Source: the human T2T-CHM13v2.0 reference genome, Homo sapiens. From it: a DNA stretch of 64,000 bases. A program made the translations under genes and the position numbers. The stretch's first letter is position 1. Every line of letters begins with the position of its first letter. The stretch is taken from assembly GCF_009914755.1 (NCBI RefSeq), contig NC_060942.1. One strand, 5' to 3'. The notes beneath the pieces were generated by a model. That model was given only the letters and a program-made list of their open reading frames with translations, did not search any database and had not been told where the DNA came from. Positions 16,418 to 35,013 of the stretch are shown piece by piece.

Positions 16418-16719
16418 AGCCTGGCACGGTGGCTCACGCCTGTAATCCCAGCACTTTGGGGGCCCCAGGAGGGTGGATCATGAAGTCAGGAGTTCGAGAC
16501 CTATGTTGTCGCCAGTTCAACAAAGTGAAACCCCGTCTCTACTAAAAATACAAAAAAAAAAAAAAAAAAAATTAGCTGGACATGGTCCCAGTTACTTGGG
16601 AGGCTGAGGCAAAGAGAATCACTTGAACCTGGGAAGTGGAGGTTGCAGTGAGCCAAGATCGCACCACTGCACTCCAGCCCAGGTGACAGTGTGAGACTCT
16701 GTCTCAAAAAAAAAGAAAA
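16418..16719 (+). mobile_element. AluS (Sg/Sc-like)
   Basis: Full dimer. Flanking duplication aatagtaaactgt at 16402-16414 and 16720-16732. Confidence 0.94.
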
Positions 16720-17369
16720 AATAGTAAACTGTCTTAAACTTATAGTTGGGTGATAAATGTTTGATTTTATTATTTCTTTAGAATGATGGTTTTACTGGTT
16801 AGAAAATTCTAGGTTGACAGTTTTGTTTTTGTTATGTTTCTGTTTTTTCTTTTCTTTTTTTTTTTTTAGCACTTTGAAGGATTCTGATTTCTCTCAGACT
16901 GTCTTTGGTATAATGCTGCATCACTATTGGTTTGTCTAGGTATAGATTTCTTTTTATTGATCCACAAGAGACACATGTGCTCTCCTAAATCTGAGGATTT
17001 TTGTTTTTTATCAATTCTGAAAATATTACTAGGCCTTATTACTTGGTACATTTTTAAAATTTTTCTACAAGAACACTGATTAGAAATGATTAGTTAGTTC
17101 CATATCCTCTGCATCAATTAACATCTTATATATTCCCACCTTTCTACCTCTGTGCCATAGTTTGGGTGATTTCTCCACCTCTATATTCCAGTTCACTAAT
17201 TCTCTCTCCAATTGGGTCTAATGCACTGTTTAACATATCTGCTGAGTTTCAAATTTCAAGTATTACATGATTTTGGCTTAATGTAAACTTGTATTGTTTT
17301 TAAAATACATCTGTTATTTGGGTATTTTCTTATTTCTTTGCCATACCTTTTACCAATACCCTCCATAGT

Positions 17370-18700
17370 TTTAAAAATTAATAGACTTCATCCTGTAGAA
17401 CAGTTTTAGGTGTACAAAAAATAATGAGCACAAAGTACACAGTTCCCGTATACATTCTCCCCCAAACTATTTCCTCCTACTATTAACATCTTGTGATAGT
17501 GTGGTACAATTGTTGCAATAGATGAGCCAATACTGATACATTATTATTAACTAATGTCCATAATTTACATTATGGTTCATTCTTAGTGGTGTACATTCTA
17601 TAGATTTGACAGTTATATAATGACATGCATCCCTTTTCACAGTATCATACAGAATGAGTTCACTGTCCAAAAGATGCTCCATGCTTCAGCTGTTCATCCC
17701 TCCTTTCCTCACAAACCCTTGACAACCACTGACCTTTTAACTATCTCCATGTTTTGTCTTTTCCAGAATGTCACAGAGTTAGAATCATACAATGTGTGGC
17801 CTTTTTAGACTGAATTATTTCACTTAGCAATATGCATTTACCTCTCCTCCATGTCTTCTCATAGTCAAATGACTCACTTACTTTTTATCAATAAATGATA
17901 TTCCATTCTCTGGATGTACCACAATTTGTTTATTCATTCACCTACTGAAGGACGTCTTCGTTACTTCTAAGTTTTGGCAATTATAAATAAAGCTGCCAAA
18001 AGCATCTGTGTGCATATCCATGGACACAGAAACATGCATGGTTGTCAGCTTTCAACACTTTGGGGAAAATAACATGGAGACTGACTGCTGGATTGTTTGA
18101 CAAGACTATTTTTATCTTTGTAATAAATGACTAAATTGTTTTCTAAAGTGGCTGTATCATTTTGCATTCCCACTAGAAATGAATGAGGGCTCCTCTTGCT
18201 CCATATCCTTGCAAGCATTTTACGTTGCTAGTGTTTTGGATTTTAGCCATTGTAATAGGTGTGTACTTGTATCTCACTGTAGTTTTAATTTGCATTTCCC
18301 TGAGGACATATGAGGCATAGCATCTTTTCATACACGTATTTGAAATCTGTGTCTCTTCTTTGGAGAGTTGTCTGTTCAGATCTTTTGCCCATTTTGCAAT
18401 TGAGCTGTTCAGTTTCTTATTATTGAGTTTTAAGGGTTCTTTACATATTTTGGATAACATTCCTTTATCATAGATATGCTTTGCAAAGATTATCTTCCCA
18501 GATATGACTAGTCTTTTCTTTCTCTTAACAGCATCTTTCACAGAACATAACTTATAATTTTAATGAAGTTAACTTATCCATGTTTCCTTTCAAGGATTAC
18601 GTTTTTGGTGTTGTATCTAAACAGTCATTACCAAACCCAAGGTCATCTGTTTTTTTCATATGTTACCTTCTAGTTTTTCTGGGAGGGAAATATTCACTCT
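17370..18700 (-). mobile_element. L1MC/MD-type 3' end
   Basis: cagttttaggtgtacaaaaa...gatgagccaatactgatacattattattaac...ttccagaatgtc...tttgcattcccactag...ccaaacccaaggtca. Confidence 0.85.
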
Positions 18701-18732
18701 ATATGTCTGGATTTTCCAGTATTGAGTGTATA

Positions 18733-19720
18733 TGAATATACACCCTGTATATATATACATATATATATATATACACCCTGTATATATATACATATATATA
18801 TATACACCCTGTATATATATACATATATATATATACACCCTGTATATATATACTATATATATATATATACACCCTGTATATATATACTATATATATATAT
18901 ATACACCCTGTATATATATACTATATATATATATACACCCTGTATATATATACATATATATATATACACCCTGTATATATATACATATATATATATACAC
19001 CCTGTATATATATACATATATATATACACCCTGTATATATATACATATATATATATATACACCCTGTATATATATACATATATATATATACACCCTGTAT
19101 ATATATACATATATATATATACACCCTGTATATATATACATATATATATATACACCCTGTATATATATACATATATATATACACCCTGTATATATATACA
19201 TATATATATACACCCTGTATATATATACATATATATATATATACACCCTGTATATATATACATATATATATATACACCCTGTATATATATACATATATAT
19301 ATATACACCCTGTATATATATACATATATATATATACACCCTGTATATATATACATATATATATATACACCCTGTATATATATACATATATATATATACA
19401 CCCTGTATATATATACATATATATATATACACCCTGTATATATATACATACACACACACCCTGTATATATATATATATGTATATATACACACACACACAC
19501 CCTTTATATATATATATACACACACAACCTGTATATATATATATACACACACCCTGTATATATATATATATACACACACACACACCCTGTATATATATAT
19601 GCACATATGTATAGACATATATGTATAGGTATATATATACACACACATATATATACATATATACACATATATATGTATATATGTATAGCATGTATGTAGG
19701 TATATATATGCAAATATACA
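18733..19720. repeat. TA-rich minisatellite, ~26 copies of a ~31-bp unit, decaying into (TA/CA)n
   Basis: Unit CACCCTG-TATATATATA-C-(AT)n counted directly; unit length 29-33 bp. Confidence 0.98.
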
Positions 19721-19764
19721 TATTTGCTTTTTTTAATAATATAAATGTAAATATATATTTGTTT

Positions 19765-20460
19765 TTTTGCTTTATAATTTCAACTTTGATTTTCGATTCA
19801 GGGGCCGTATGTACACGTTTGTTACATGGGTATATTATGTGATGCTGTAGTTTCAAGTACAAATGATCCTGTAACCCAGGTATTGAGCACAGCACTCAAA
19901 AAGTAGTGTTTCAGCCCTCACTTCCCTGCCTCTTTCCCGCCTCTAGTAGTACCCAGAGTCTATTGTTCCCGTTTTCATATCTGTGTAGACCCAGTACTTA
20001 GTTCCTGCTTATGTGACAACAAGCCACATTTGGTCTTTGATTCCTGTCTTAACTCCTTTAGGAGAATGTCCTGCAGTTGCATCCATGTTGCTGCTATGGA
20101 GGTGATTTTGTTCTAGATTATGGCCCTATAGCATAGTATTCCATGGGGCATATGTACCACACTTTCTTTATCCAGTCCTCTATTGATGAACACCTAGGTT
20201 GATTCTGTGTCTCTGCTATTGTGAATAGCAATGCAATGAGCTTACATTTGTGTGTGTCTTTTTGGTAGAATGATTTCTTTTCCATTAGGTATATACCCAG
20301 TAATGGGATTGTGGGGTCAAATGGTAGCTCTGTTTTAAGTTCTTTGAGAAATCTCCTAACTGTTTTCCACAGTGGCTGAATGTAAATTATTTACATTCCC
20401 ACAAACAGCACATAAGCATTCCCTTTTCTCTGCAGCCTCACCAGCATCTGTTATTCCTTG
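19765..20460 (-). mobile_element. Older L1PA/L1PB 3' end
   Basis: tttcaactttgattttcgattcagggg...tttgttacatgggtatatt...gtatatacccagtaatgggattg. Confidence 0.88.
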
Positions 20461-20474
20461 ATATAAAAAAAAAG

Positions 20475-23400
20475 TCAACTTTTATTACAGATTAAAAAGT
20501 ATGCATGTAGGTTTGTTATATGGGTAAACTGTGTGATGCTGAGGCTTGGGGCTCCAGTGATCTCATTACTCAGGCAGCAAACATAGTTCTCAACAGGTGG
20601 TTCTTCAGGCCATACCTCCCACCCTCCCTCCCCCATCTAGTGGTCCTCAGTGTCTATTGTACCCACCTTTACCTTCATGTGTATCCAATATTTAGATCCC
20701 ATTTATAAACGAAAAGATGTGGCATTTGGTTTTCTGGTTTTGTGTTAGGTCATTTAGGATAATGGCCTCCAGCTCTACCCATGTCATTGCAAAGGACACC
20801 ATTTTGTTCATTTTTATGGCTGCATAGTATTCCATGGTTTATAGTTACCAACGTTTCTTTATCCAATCCATGGTTGATGGGCACTTAGATTGATTCCATG
20901 TCCTTACTATTGTAAATAGCACTGCAATGAACATATGAGTGTGTGTGTCTTATAGCTAGAATGATTTATTTTCCTCTTGGTATACACCCAGTAGTGGGAT
21001 ATCTGGGTCAAATGGTAGTTCTATTGTAAATTATTTGAAAAATTTCCAAACTGATTTCCACAATGGCTGTACTAGGTTGCATTCTCAATAACAGTGTATA
21101 AGCATTCCGTTCCGTTTTTTTCTGCAGCCTTGCCAACATTTTTTTGACTTTTTAACAATCACCACTCTGACTGGTAAGAAATGGTATCTCATTGTGGTTT
21201 TGATTTGCATTTCTCTGATGGTCAGTGATGTTGAGCCTTTTTTCACGTTTTTTGGCCTCATGTATGTTTTCTTTTGAAAATTGTTCGTGTCCTTTACCCA
21301 CTTTTTAATAGGGTATTTTTTATTGTTTATTTGTTTAAGTTCTTATAGATGCTGGATATTGAAACTTTGTCAGATGCGTACTTTGCAAAAATATCTCCTA
21401 GTCTGCAGATTTTCTGTTTATTCTGTTGATAGTTTATTTTGCTGTGCAGAAACTCTTTAATTAGTTCTCATTTGTCAAGTTTTGTTTTTGTTGTAACTGT
21501 TTTTGAGGGCTCAGACAAAAATTCTTTGCCAAAGCCTATGTTGAGAAGGAAATTTCCTAGATTATCTTCTAGGATTTTTATAGTTTGAGGTATTACATTT
21601 GAGTCCTTAATCCATCTTGAGTTAATTTGTGTATATGGTGAGAGACAGTTTAATTCTTCTGCATATGGCTAGCCAGCTATCCCAGCACCATTTATTGAAT
21701 AGGAAGTCATTTCTCCATTGCTTCTTTTTGTTAATTTTGTCAAAGATCAGATGGTTGTAGGTGTGCAGGTTTATTTCTGCATTCCCTATTCCATTCCACT
21801 GGTCTATAGGTCTGTTTTTTTCTCCATACCATTATGTTTTGCTTACATAGCCTTACAGTATAATTTGAAGTTGGACAATGTGATGTCTCTGGCTTTGTTC
21901 TTTTTGCTTTGGATTACTTTGTCTATTTGGGCTCTTTCGTGTTTCCAAATGAACTTTAGAATAGATTTTTATAATTCTGTGAAAAATGATGTTGATGTTT
22001 TGATAGAAATAGTGTTGAGTCTATAAATTGCTTTGGGAAGCATAACCATTTTAACTATATTGATTCTTCTAATCCATGAGCATAAAATATTTTTCCATTT
22101 ATTTGTGTTGTCTCTGATTTCTTTCATCAGCATATCGTAGTTCTCCTTCTAGAGGTCTTTCACCTCCTTGGTTAGATGAATTCCTAAGTATTTCATTTTC
22201 TTTGTGGCTATTGAAAATTGGATTGTGTTCTTGATTTGTTTATCGACCACAAAATTATTAATATATAAAATAGTATTAAATTAATATATAAATAGTATTA
22301 AATTAATATATGAAAATAGTATTAAAATTAAATAGTACATTGATTTTATATCTTGAAAATTTACTGAGTTTATGTATTAGTTTCAGGAGCCTTTTGGCAG
22401 AGTCTTTAGGGTTTTCTGTGTATAGAATCATATCATTGGCAAAGACAGATAGTTTGACTTCTTTTCCCATTTGGATGCCTTTTATTTCTTTCTCTTGCCT
22501 AATTGTTCTGGCTAGGACTTCCAGTACTATGTTGAATAGTAGTGGTTAGAGTGGGCATTCTTGTCTTGTTCCAGTTCTCAAGGGGACTGCTTCCAGCTTT
22601 TGCCCCTTCTGTATGATATTGGGTATGGGCATGTGATCAATGGCTCTATTTAGTTTGACGGCTCTATTCAATTTCCTAACTTGGTGGTATTTTGCCCAGG
22701 TTTTCATTTTCTTCCTGACAGCAAAAAGAACAAAGTCAGATGAATCACATTGCCCAACTTCAGACTAAACCCTCACACCTTCAATGCCTAATATGTTCAT
22801 GTTTTTTATCGTTAAGGGATGTTGGATGTTATCAAAAGCTTTTTCTGTGTCTCTTGAGATGCTCACATGATTTTTGTTTTTGATTCAGTTTATGTCATGA
22901 ATCACATTCATGGATGTGCAGTCTTTCATCCCAGAAATAAAGCCTAATTGATCGTGGTGAATTAAGTTTTTGATATGCTATTCGATAGGTTTGCTAGGAT
23001 CTTGCTGAGGATTTTTGTGGCCATCTTCATCATAGTTATTGGTCCCAGGTTTTCTTTCTTCATTGTATTTCTGCCAGATTTTGGTATCAGGATGATGCTG
23101 GCTTCATAGAATGAAGGAAAAATTTATCCTCTTCAATTTTTGGGAAATGTTTCAGTAAGATTGATATCAGTTCTTCTTTGTGTGTCTGGTAGAATTTGGC
23201 TGTGAATCCATCTGGCCCAGGGTTTTTTTTGTTGGTAGGTTTTTTAGTACTGATTCAATTTCCTAATTTGCTGGTATTTTTTTCAGGTTTTCATTTTCTT
23301 CAAGGATTCAATTTTGGGAGGTTGTGTGTTTCTGGAAATTTATCCATTTCCTCTAGATTTTCTAGTTTGTGTGCATAGAGGTGTTTTTAATAGTCTGATA

Positions 23401-24250
23401 ATCTTTTATATTTCTTTGGGTTAGGTTATAATGTCATCTTTATCATTTCTGATTGTGCTTCTTTCTATCTTTTTTTTTTCTTTGTTAATCTACCTGATGG
23501 TCTATGAGTCTTGTTTATTCTTTCCAATAATAAATTCTTAGGTTCATTGATCTTTTGTATGGACTTTTGGTTCTCAATGTCTTTCAGTTCTTCTCTGATT
23601 TTAATTATTTCCTTTCTTCTACTAGCTTTGGTGTTGGATTGTCCTTTTTTTCTTAGTTTCTCTAGTTGTCATGTTAGGTTGTTAATTTGAGATCTTTCTA
23701 CCCTCTTGATGAAGACATTGAGAGCTACAAGTTTTCCTCTTAACACTGCTTTAGCTACATCCCAAAGGCGAAGGTAAGTTATGTCTCTTTTTCTTAATTT
23801 TAAGAATTTATTTTATTTCTTAATTTTGTTGTTTGCTCAAGAGTTATTCAGAAGCAAGTGGTTCAGTTTTCATATTTTTGTGTAGTTGTGAGAGATCTTC
23901 TTGGTGTTGATATCTATTTATACTACACTGTGTTCCAAGAGTGTGGTTGGTATGATTTAAATGTTTTTGGATGTATCGAGCCTTGCTTTATGGCTGAGCA
24001 TGTGCTTGACCTTAGAGTGCGTGAGAGATCTTCTTGGTATTGATATCTATTTATACTACACTGTGTTCCAAGAGTGTGGTTGGTATGATTTAAATGTTTT
24101 TGGATGTATCGAGCCTTGCTTTATGGCTGAGCATGTGCTTGACCTTAGAGTATGTTCTGTGTGCCGATGAGAGGAATGTAAAATTCGTGGTTGTTGAGTG
24201 GAGGACTCTATAGATCTCAACTAGGTCCATTTGTTCAAGTCTTGAGTTTA
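20475..24250 (-). mobile_element. L1PA16/L1PB-type element, 3'UTR plus ~3 kb of degraded ORF2
   Basis: Continuous antisense L1 sequence: gtttgttatatgggtaaactg, ctagccagctatcccagcaccatttattgaatagg, ctaggacttccagtactatgttgaatag, gctgtgaatccatctgg. Confidence 0.92.
23888..24151. repeat. Near-perfect 133-bp tandem duplication inside the L1
   Basis: gtgagagatcttcttggt...gaccttagagt starts at both 23888 and 24021. Confidence 0.96.
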
Positions 24251-24720
24251 AGGTTCCACACGAATTTCAGGATGGATTTTTCTGTTTCTTACAAAACTGC
24301 TACTGGGACTTTGATCGGGATTGCATTAAATCTGCAGATTGCTTTGGGTAGTAGTGACAGCAATATCAAATCTCTCAATCCATGAACACAGTAAATCCTG
24401 CCATTTATTTATATATTATTTATTTCAGCAACACTTTTTAGTTTTTAGCATACAAGCCTTTTACCTCCTTGGGTGAGTTTATTCCTATTTTTTTATTTTG
24501 GACGCTATTATAAGAGAATTTTTGTCTTGCTTTCCTTTTTGTATCATACATTGTTAGCATACAGAAATGTGACAAATTTGTTTGTGTTGATTTTATTGTA
24601 TAACTTTGCTAACTTTGTCCATTAGTTGTAGCAAATTTCTGGTGTGTAGAATCTTTAGGGTTTTCCACACATAATATCATATTGTCTGCAAATAGATGAT
24701 TTTACTTCAAACTATAGCAT
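24250..24720 (-). mobile_element. L1M ORF2 fragment
   Basis: gggattgcattaaatctgcagattgctttgggtagt and atattgtctgcaaataga. Confidence 0.75.
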
Positions 24721-25019
24721 TTTTTAATGTTGGAGGATTTATAGTCCATGTGAATTAATAATAATTAAGATTTTTAAATTGATGTAAAGAAATATTTTTA
24801 AAAATTGATATAAAGAAATTTGCCCTAACATTTGAATAATAAAGTGTTTTAAAACCAAGATTACAAACCATCTTTGAAGCAATAAATAGAAGGACATTTA
24901 ATACCAAAACAGGGGAGCACCATAAAACCTGCAGAGCTTTGCTATTGATTACAAAGACGCAAAACTGAATAGTCTGTTTATTCCTCATGGAACTAAGCTA
25001 GGAGGTGATATTAATAAAA

Positions 25020-27360
25020 ATTTTAAAAACTGAAATCAATAAAAATAAAAGAGAATTAATAAAATATACAGTAAAGTAAAATAGATAAAAGAAACATTTT
25101 ACAAAAGGTGTTCCTTTGATAAGGCCATCGACATAATTAAAATGTATATCAACGCAATTAAAAAGCAAATTGGCACTCTTAAAAGCACAGAGATGAGATT
25201 AAATATACAAATGTGTTAAAATAATTAGAAGCAACTATTAGGTGTAACTGTAGGAAAATAACCGAAAAAAAAAAAAGAAAGAAAGAAACACACACACAGG
25301 AAAAGTACATAAAAATCTGGCAAACTGCACATTATAAACATGATTCAAGAAGAACTAGAAAATTTCAACAGACCAGTTACAAAAATAGATTGAAAAAGTG
25401 TTTACAGATTGGCCTTTTAAAAAGGTAACGTGTCAGATTGTTTCACATTTCTAGCAAATAACAGATAAATTGAATGTTATGTAAATTATTCAAGGAAACC
25501 CAAATAAATGAAATGTTTCCCAGATCATTTTATGAAGCCAGAATGAATTATTACCAAAATTGATAAATCTAGACAACAAAAATTACAGAAAATTCTCAAA
25601 TATTAACATAGTTCCAAAAATGAAAATAAAGTATTAGTAAATAAAATCTAAAAATATACTAAAGAATAATTCATTACAACCAAGTTAGCCCAGATACATA
25701 GAAATGGTTAAAAATTATGAAATATAACAAAATAACTCATTTGCTCAATAAATAAAAGATTAAAACCTTCATATGAATTTTCAAAAATGACCCAAATGTT
25801 TGATGAAATTAGAAATCAGTGCTGACTATGGGGAGTAAAAACTTTGGGAAAAATAGAAATAAGAGGAAACTATTTAAATATATAAAGTATGTTTAACAAG
25901 AGCCAATTGAGTAAAGAAACTGTTCTAAATGTTGATTTTCTGAAGTCATTTACATTAAAATTAACAGCAGAAGAGGGATACCTCCCACTTGGAGGTTCCA
26001 GTTACTTCAATATAATAAAAATAAAAAATAATTACCTAAAACTATAATCGTATCTACAGAAAATCCAAGATAATCTAATATTTTTAAAGTGACCAAAAAT
26101 ATTTGTTAAATCATTTATGATTATATACAGAAGTTGATATAGAAACAAACACTGAAAATATGTACATATTATTAAATAACATTGATAATTAACATAAAAA
26201 AACAAAAAAGTTTAGAAATAAATGTGATGATAACATTATCAAACATGTATAAAGTAAAGCCTCAGTGAAGCACCTGAAAGACACACATTAGATGTAAAAA
26301 ATAAAATAAATACATTGAATGGCATGGATTTAATTTTTTTAAATGTCACTTTCTGACTTGTTAAAGTGCAAAAATTAATAAAGTTAAAGCAATTTTAGCT
26401 AGATTCTCAAGTTTTAATTTAGCTGGAAAAAATTATCTTAGCCTTCACACAGAGGAATATATATGTCTTAGGCTGTCAAGTGTACTTATGAAAAAGAAAG
26501 AGCAGGCCAGGCACAGTGGCTCACCCCTGTAATCCCAGCACCTTGGGAAGCCAAAGCAGGTGGATCACGAGGTCAGGAGTTCGAGACCAGCCTGACCACA
26601 TGGTGAAACCCCATCTCTACTAAAAATACAAAAAATATTTTCCTGGCGTGGTGGCACGCACCTGTATTCCCAGCTACTCAGGAGTCTGAGGCAGGAGAAT
26701 CCCTTGAACTTGACAGGCAGAGGTTGCAGTGAACCGAGATTGCGCAATTGCACTCCAGTCTGGGCAACAGAGCGAGACTCTGTCTAAAAAAATAAAGAAA
26801 GAAAGAAAAAGATAAAGAAACAGCAGAAATAACCTATCTGATCTGATGTTAAACTATCATAAAGCCACATTAATGAAGAGTTGAACCAGACACACAGGTC
26901 AATGTAAGAAAATAGGTAAGCAGTTAAAACTAATATTAATAGAAATGAAATATGTGACAAGGGAGAAATATGTGACTTGAAGTCAGAAGGAAAAGTAGTC
27001 TATTTAAAAATTAGCAAAAATGAGTATGGATAAGGAAAAAAATAATTTGAACATTTCCATCATGCCATATATTTGTAAAATGCTGATAATTTATAAATCT
27101 AAATATTTACTGCAATATTCCTGTACTTGATATGTCAAAAACAAATGAAAAAATAACAAACAGTGAAACAAAAACCTGGAAACAAACTGAATACTTTTCC
27201 TTGGAGAAAAAAAATAAACTTAGTACAGCCATCCTTTGGAATTTCATGCGGACACTGAAAGAAAGAAAGCAGCAGTCTACTAGTTGCTTTGGGAAGATAT
27301 GGATAGGTTAAAAAAATAAATATGCAAACACATGTATAATATGGATCTAATTTTTTACAA
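25020..27360 (+). mobile_element. Very old L1M ORF2/3' remnant interrupted by an Alu
   Basis: gattcaagaagaactagaaaatttcaacagacc, tcattttatgaagccag, tatctacagaaaatccaag. Confidence 0.62.
26505..26813 (+). mobile_element. AluS (Sg-like)
   Basis: Full dimer with ggatcacgaggtcaggagttcgagacc. TSD aaagaaagagca/aaagaaacagca. Confidence 0.95.
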
Positions 27361-27689
27361 AAGAATCAGTGACAATTGTTTTTGTTTGTGTGTGCACATT
27401 CTGATGTAAATATATACAAAAGCAAGTTACTAAGCATGCGCCACAATTTAAGTCCAGAAGTGAAAGGGCTTGACTGGGGAACACAGTGGTGGGGGTACTT
27501 TATAGAACCAAAACCAAGACCACCAAAGCTATCATCATGTCTGTACATGGTGTGTGGGTGTGTGTCATGAAAAGGTAGATGAAAATCTGTTCAATAACCT
27601 GATAATGATAACAAGGATGGGAATTCAGACGGTTTTTACTTTTTCCTTACACAGTTCTGAAATTGTTGTAATCTATTACAACAGCATAT

Positions 27690-32306
<4,617 letters not shown>

Positions 32307-33477
32307 ATCTTTTTCTGTGAGATGACAATCTTACTAATAAACTCTTGGGAGGATTTGAAGCTGCCATGCATAGATTCACGGCAGTTTTCTGAGGAAAAAG
32401 TAATACTGAGAAACATAATCATCTTGAAGTCCAAAATTACGTTTGTGTCTGGAAAGTCAAGGTAGAAATCTCCTTTTCCTTACATGCTCTATTACCTGGT
32501 TGCCTTTCACTTTCGTTAATGCAGCTGAAGGTTTGGGAACATTTTTATATTAAATGTATCACTTATGCAACAGTAAGTTTTCATGCCCTAAAAAAATGCA
32601 AAAGTCTTGAAAATAATAAGCACAACAGACAGAAGGTGTGTGAATCAGTTCCTTTTAGTGCAAAAACAAAGAGGCCTCATGTACAACATATCAAGTGTAT
32701 ACATGTGTGTGGTAAGATCTTTCCTTTTGAAGGATAAACAAGTTGCCACAGTGTGTATCTCTGGGAGTTAGAACGGGGCAAGGCTGGGAGTCGCCACACC
32801 CACCAGGTCCCATCCTTTTCAGTGGCTCTATTTTTTCCTTGTGTATCATAACACTTGGGGGAAGTCCCTCTCTCAAGCCCAATTTCTTCCATCAGAATTA
32901 CCTAGGTAGACCTCATTTATAGGAACAAGTATTTACACTTCGCACTTTACTTGCAGTTTGGAAGTTTAGAATTACACATATAGTTCCAGCGTGGCTTTCG
33001 CCCAGTACACTGCGTGTGTTATTTTCTCTACCTGTGCCAGTTGCTACAGCACCGGCATGCACAGACGGACGGTGGAGCCGTTGCCCCCTTAGCTAATGTG
33101 AGCGTTTCGTAAGGATGACTCTACCTGATTCTGGAAATGAGCATCCAAACAATAATTTTTTACAAGCTTAGTGTTCTGTTCCCTCCTTCCCATACCTCTC
33201 CTCTCACCATCACTTCACTCCAAACACATTTGAGTTAAGATTGGCAGCCGACCCACTTCCTGCGGAGCTGACAGGATGGCAGCTGTTGCAGGCCACCCTC
33301 ACCTGCCTGGGATGGAACACCAGCAGCAGGAGGGAGGCACCGGCCATCACAAGGGGCCTCCCCTACACGGCAAAGCGAGGCAAATCGGCATTGTGACTGT
33401 CTGTTCAAAAACCTGTTTCCTCTGCTTTTGGCAGCTCCGTAAGGAACCTCCTCTCAGTCTTGACCCAGGAGAGTGCC

Positions 33478-33546
33478 AGAATATCGTAGGCACTTAATTA
33501 ATGTTTGCTGAATGAATGAATGAATGAATGAATGAATGAATGAATG
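33478..33546 (+). mobile_element. L2 3' tail with expanded (GAAT)n
   Basis: gtaggcacttaattaatgtttgctgaatgaatgaatg... matches the L2 terminus. Confidence 0.65.
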
Positions 33547-34114
33547 CATAAATTCATCCCCACTGGTTCAACGGTGCAGACCTTCTCTTTGTGATCTGGG
33601 GTCCTTTTGAGCACTGGGCTGGGCTGAGTGACTGCTTTCCCCCATCGTGGCCCCTCTGAGGGTTCAGCTCTGATTTCGTCTGTGCCATGATTGGGAGAGT
33701 GTCTGACCCATTGCAGGAGGCCAGGAAGCATCACAAGAGTGAATAAAGGAAGGTACACATATACAGAGATGCGTACATGCACCTACACGTGGGCATATGG
33801 GAAAAATGAATATTTACATGCCGGCATGCAAACTAATTCACAGGAAAGAGTCTTAGTTTGTATGCCTTCAGCATCTTGGCCTGTACCCCGCTGTCTTCCC
33901 ACTATTCTGGAGGTTTTGGGAGAAATTTGCTGAGACCAGCTCCGTTGCGGATGTCTGGATCTAGCAGTTTGCTGTCACGTAGTAGGGCTTACAGAGACGT
34001 GTTTCTGGAAAGAAGAAAAACAGAGCCTAGGAATTCTTTCCTCAGCATTGGGGTATCTGTCCTCCTCAACCTCTTCCTCCTCCTCCTCCACCTCTTCCTG
34101 ATCTTCTTCCTCAA

Positions 34115-34978
34115 ACATTTTTCTAGTGGTAAAATATACATAACATAAATTTACCATTTTAACCATTTTTAAGCGTGCATTTTGCTGGCATTCAGTACAT
34201 TCACATTTTTACGTAACCATCATCACTATGTATCTCCAGAACTCTTCCATCTTCCCAAACCCAAACCCTGTCCTCATTAAACACTCTCTACCCGTTCCCC
34301 CTTTGCTCAGTCCCTGGCACCTGCCACTCGCTTTCTCTCTCTATGACTTTGGTTACACTCAGGACGTCACGTTAGGGGAACCATGTGTATGCGCCCTGTG
34401 TCGGGCTCACTGCACTCAGCACCATGCTCTCAGGCTCCTCCAGGCCAAGGCAAGTGTCGGAATTCCCTTTCTTTTTAAGGCTGAATGGCATTTCCTTGCA
34501 TGGATATACTACATTCCTTTGTTTTTCATTCATCAGTTGCTGGACTTTTAGGTTGTTTCTACCTTTTGGCTGTTGTGAACAATTCTACTCTGAACATCAG
34601 TGTACAATGATTTGTTCAAGTCCCTACTTCCAATTCCTTTGAGTATATACCCAAAAGTGAAACTGTGGGGCCATATGGCGATTCTACGCTTAACTTGTTG
34701 AGGAACCGTGATACAATTTTCCTCACTGGAAACACATTCCCACTAGCAGTGTGCACGTGTTCTCATTTCTCCACATTCTCTCCAACACTAGTTATTTTCT
34801 GTTTGTTTTGTTTTATAATGCCCATGCTAATGGGTGTGAGATGGTGTCTCATCATAGTTTTGATTTGCATTTCCCTGATGACAGAGATGGAGCCTGTTTT
34901 CATGTTTATCATCCATTTGTGCATCCTCTTGGAGAAAGTCCCTTCATGTCCTTAGTCCTTTTCTAATTGTTTTTTTTG

Positions 34979-35013
<35 letters not shown>

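Noticed and set aside
18722-19895. Longest ORFs in the window (215-325 aa, Y/I-rich, both strands)
   Set aside because: They are translations of the TA minisatellite, which lacks stop codons.
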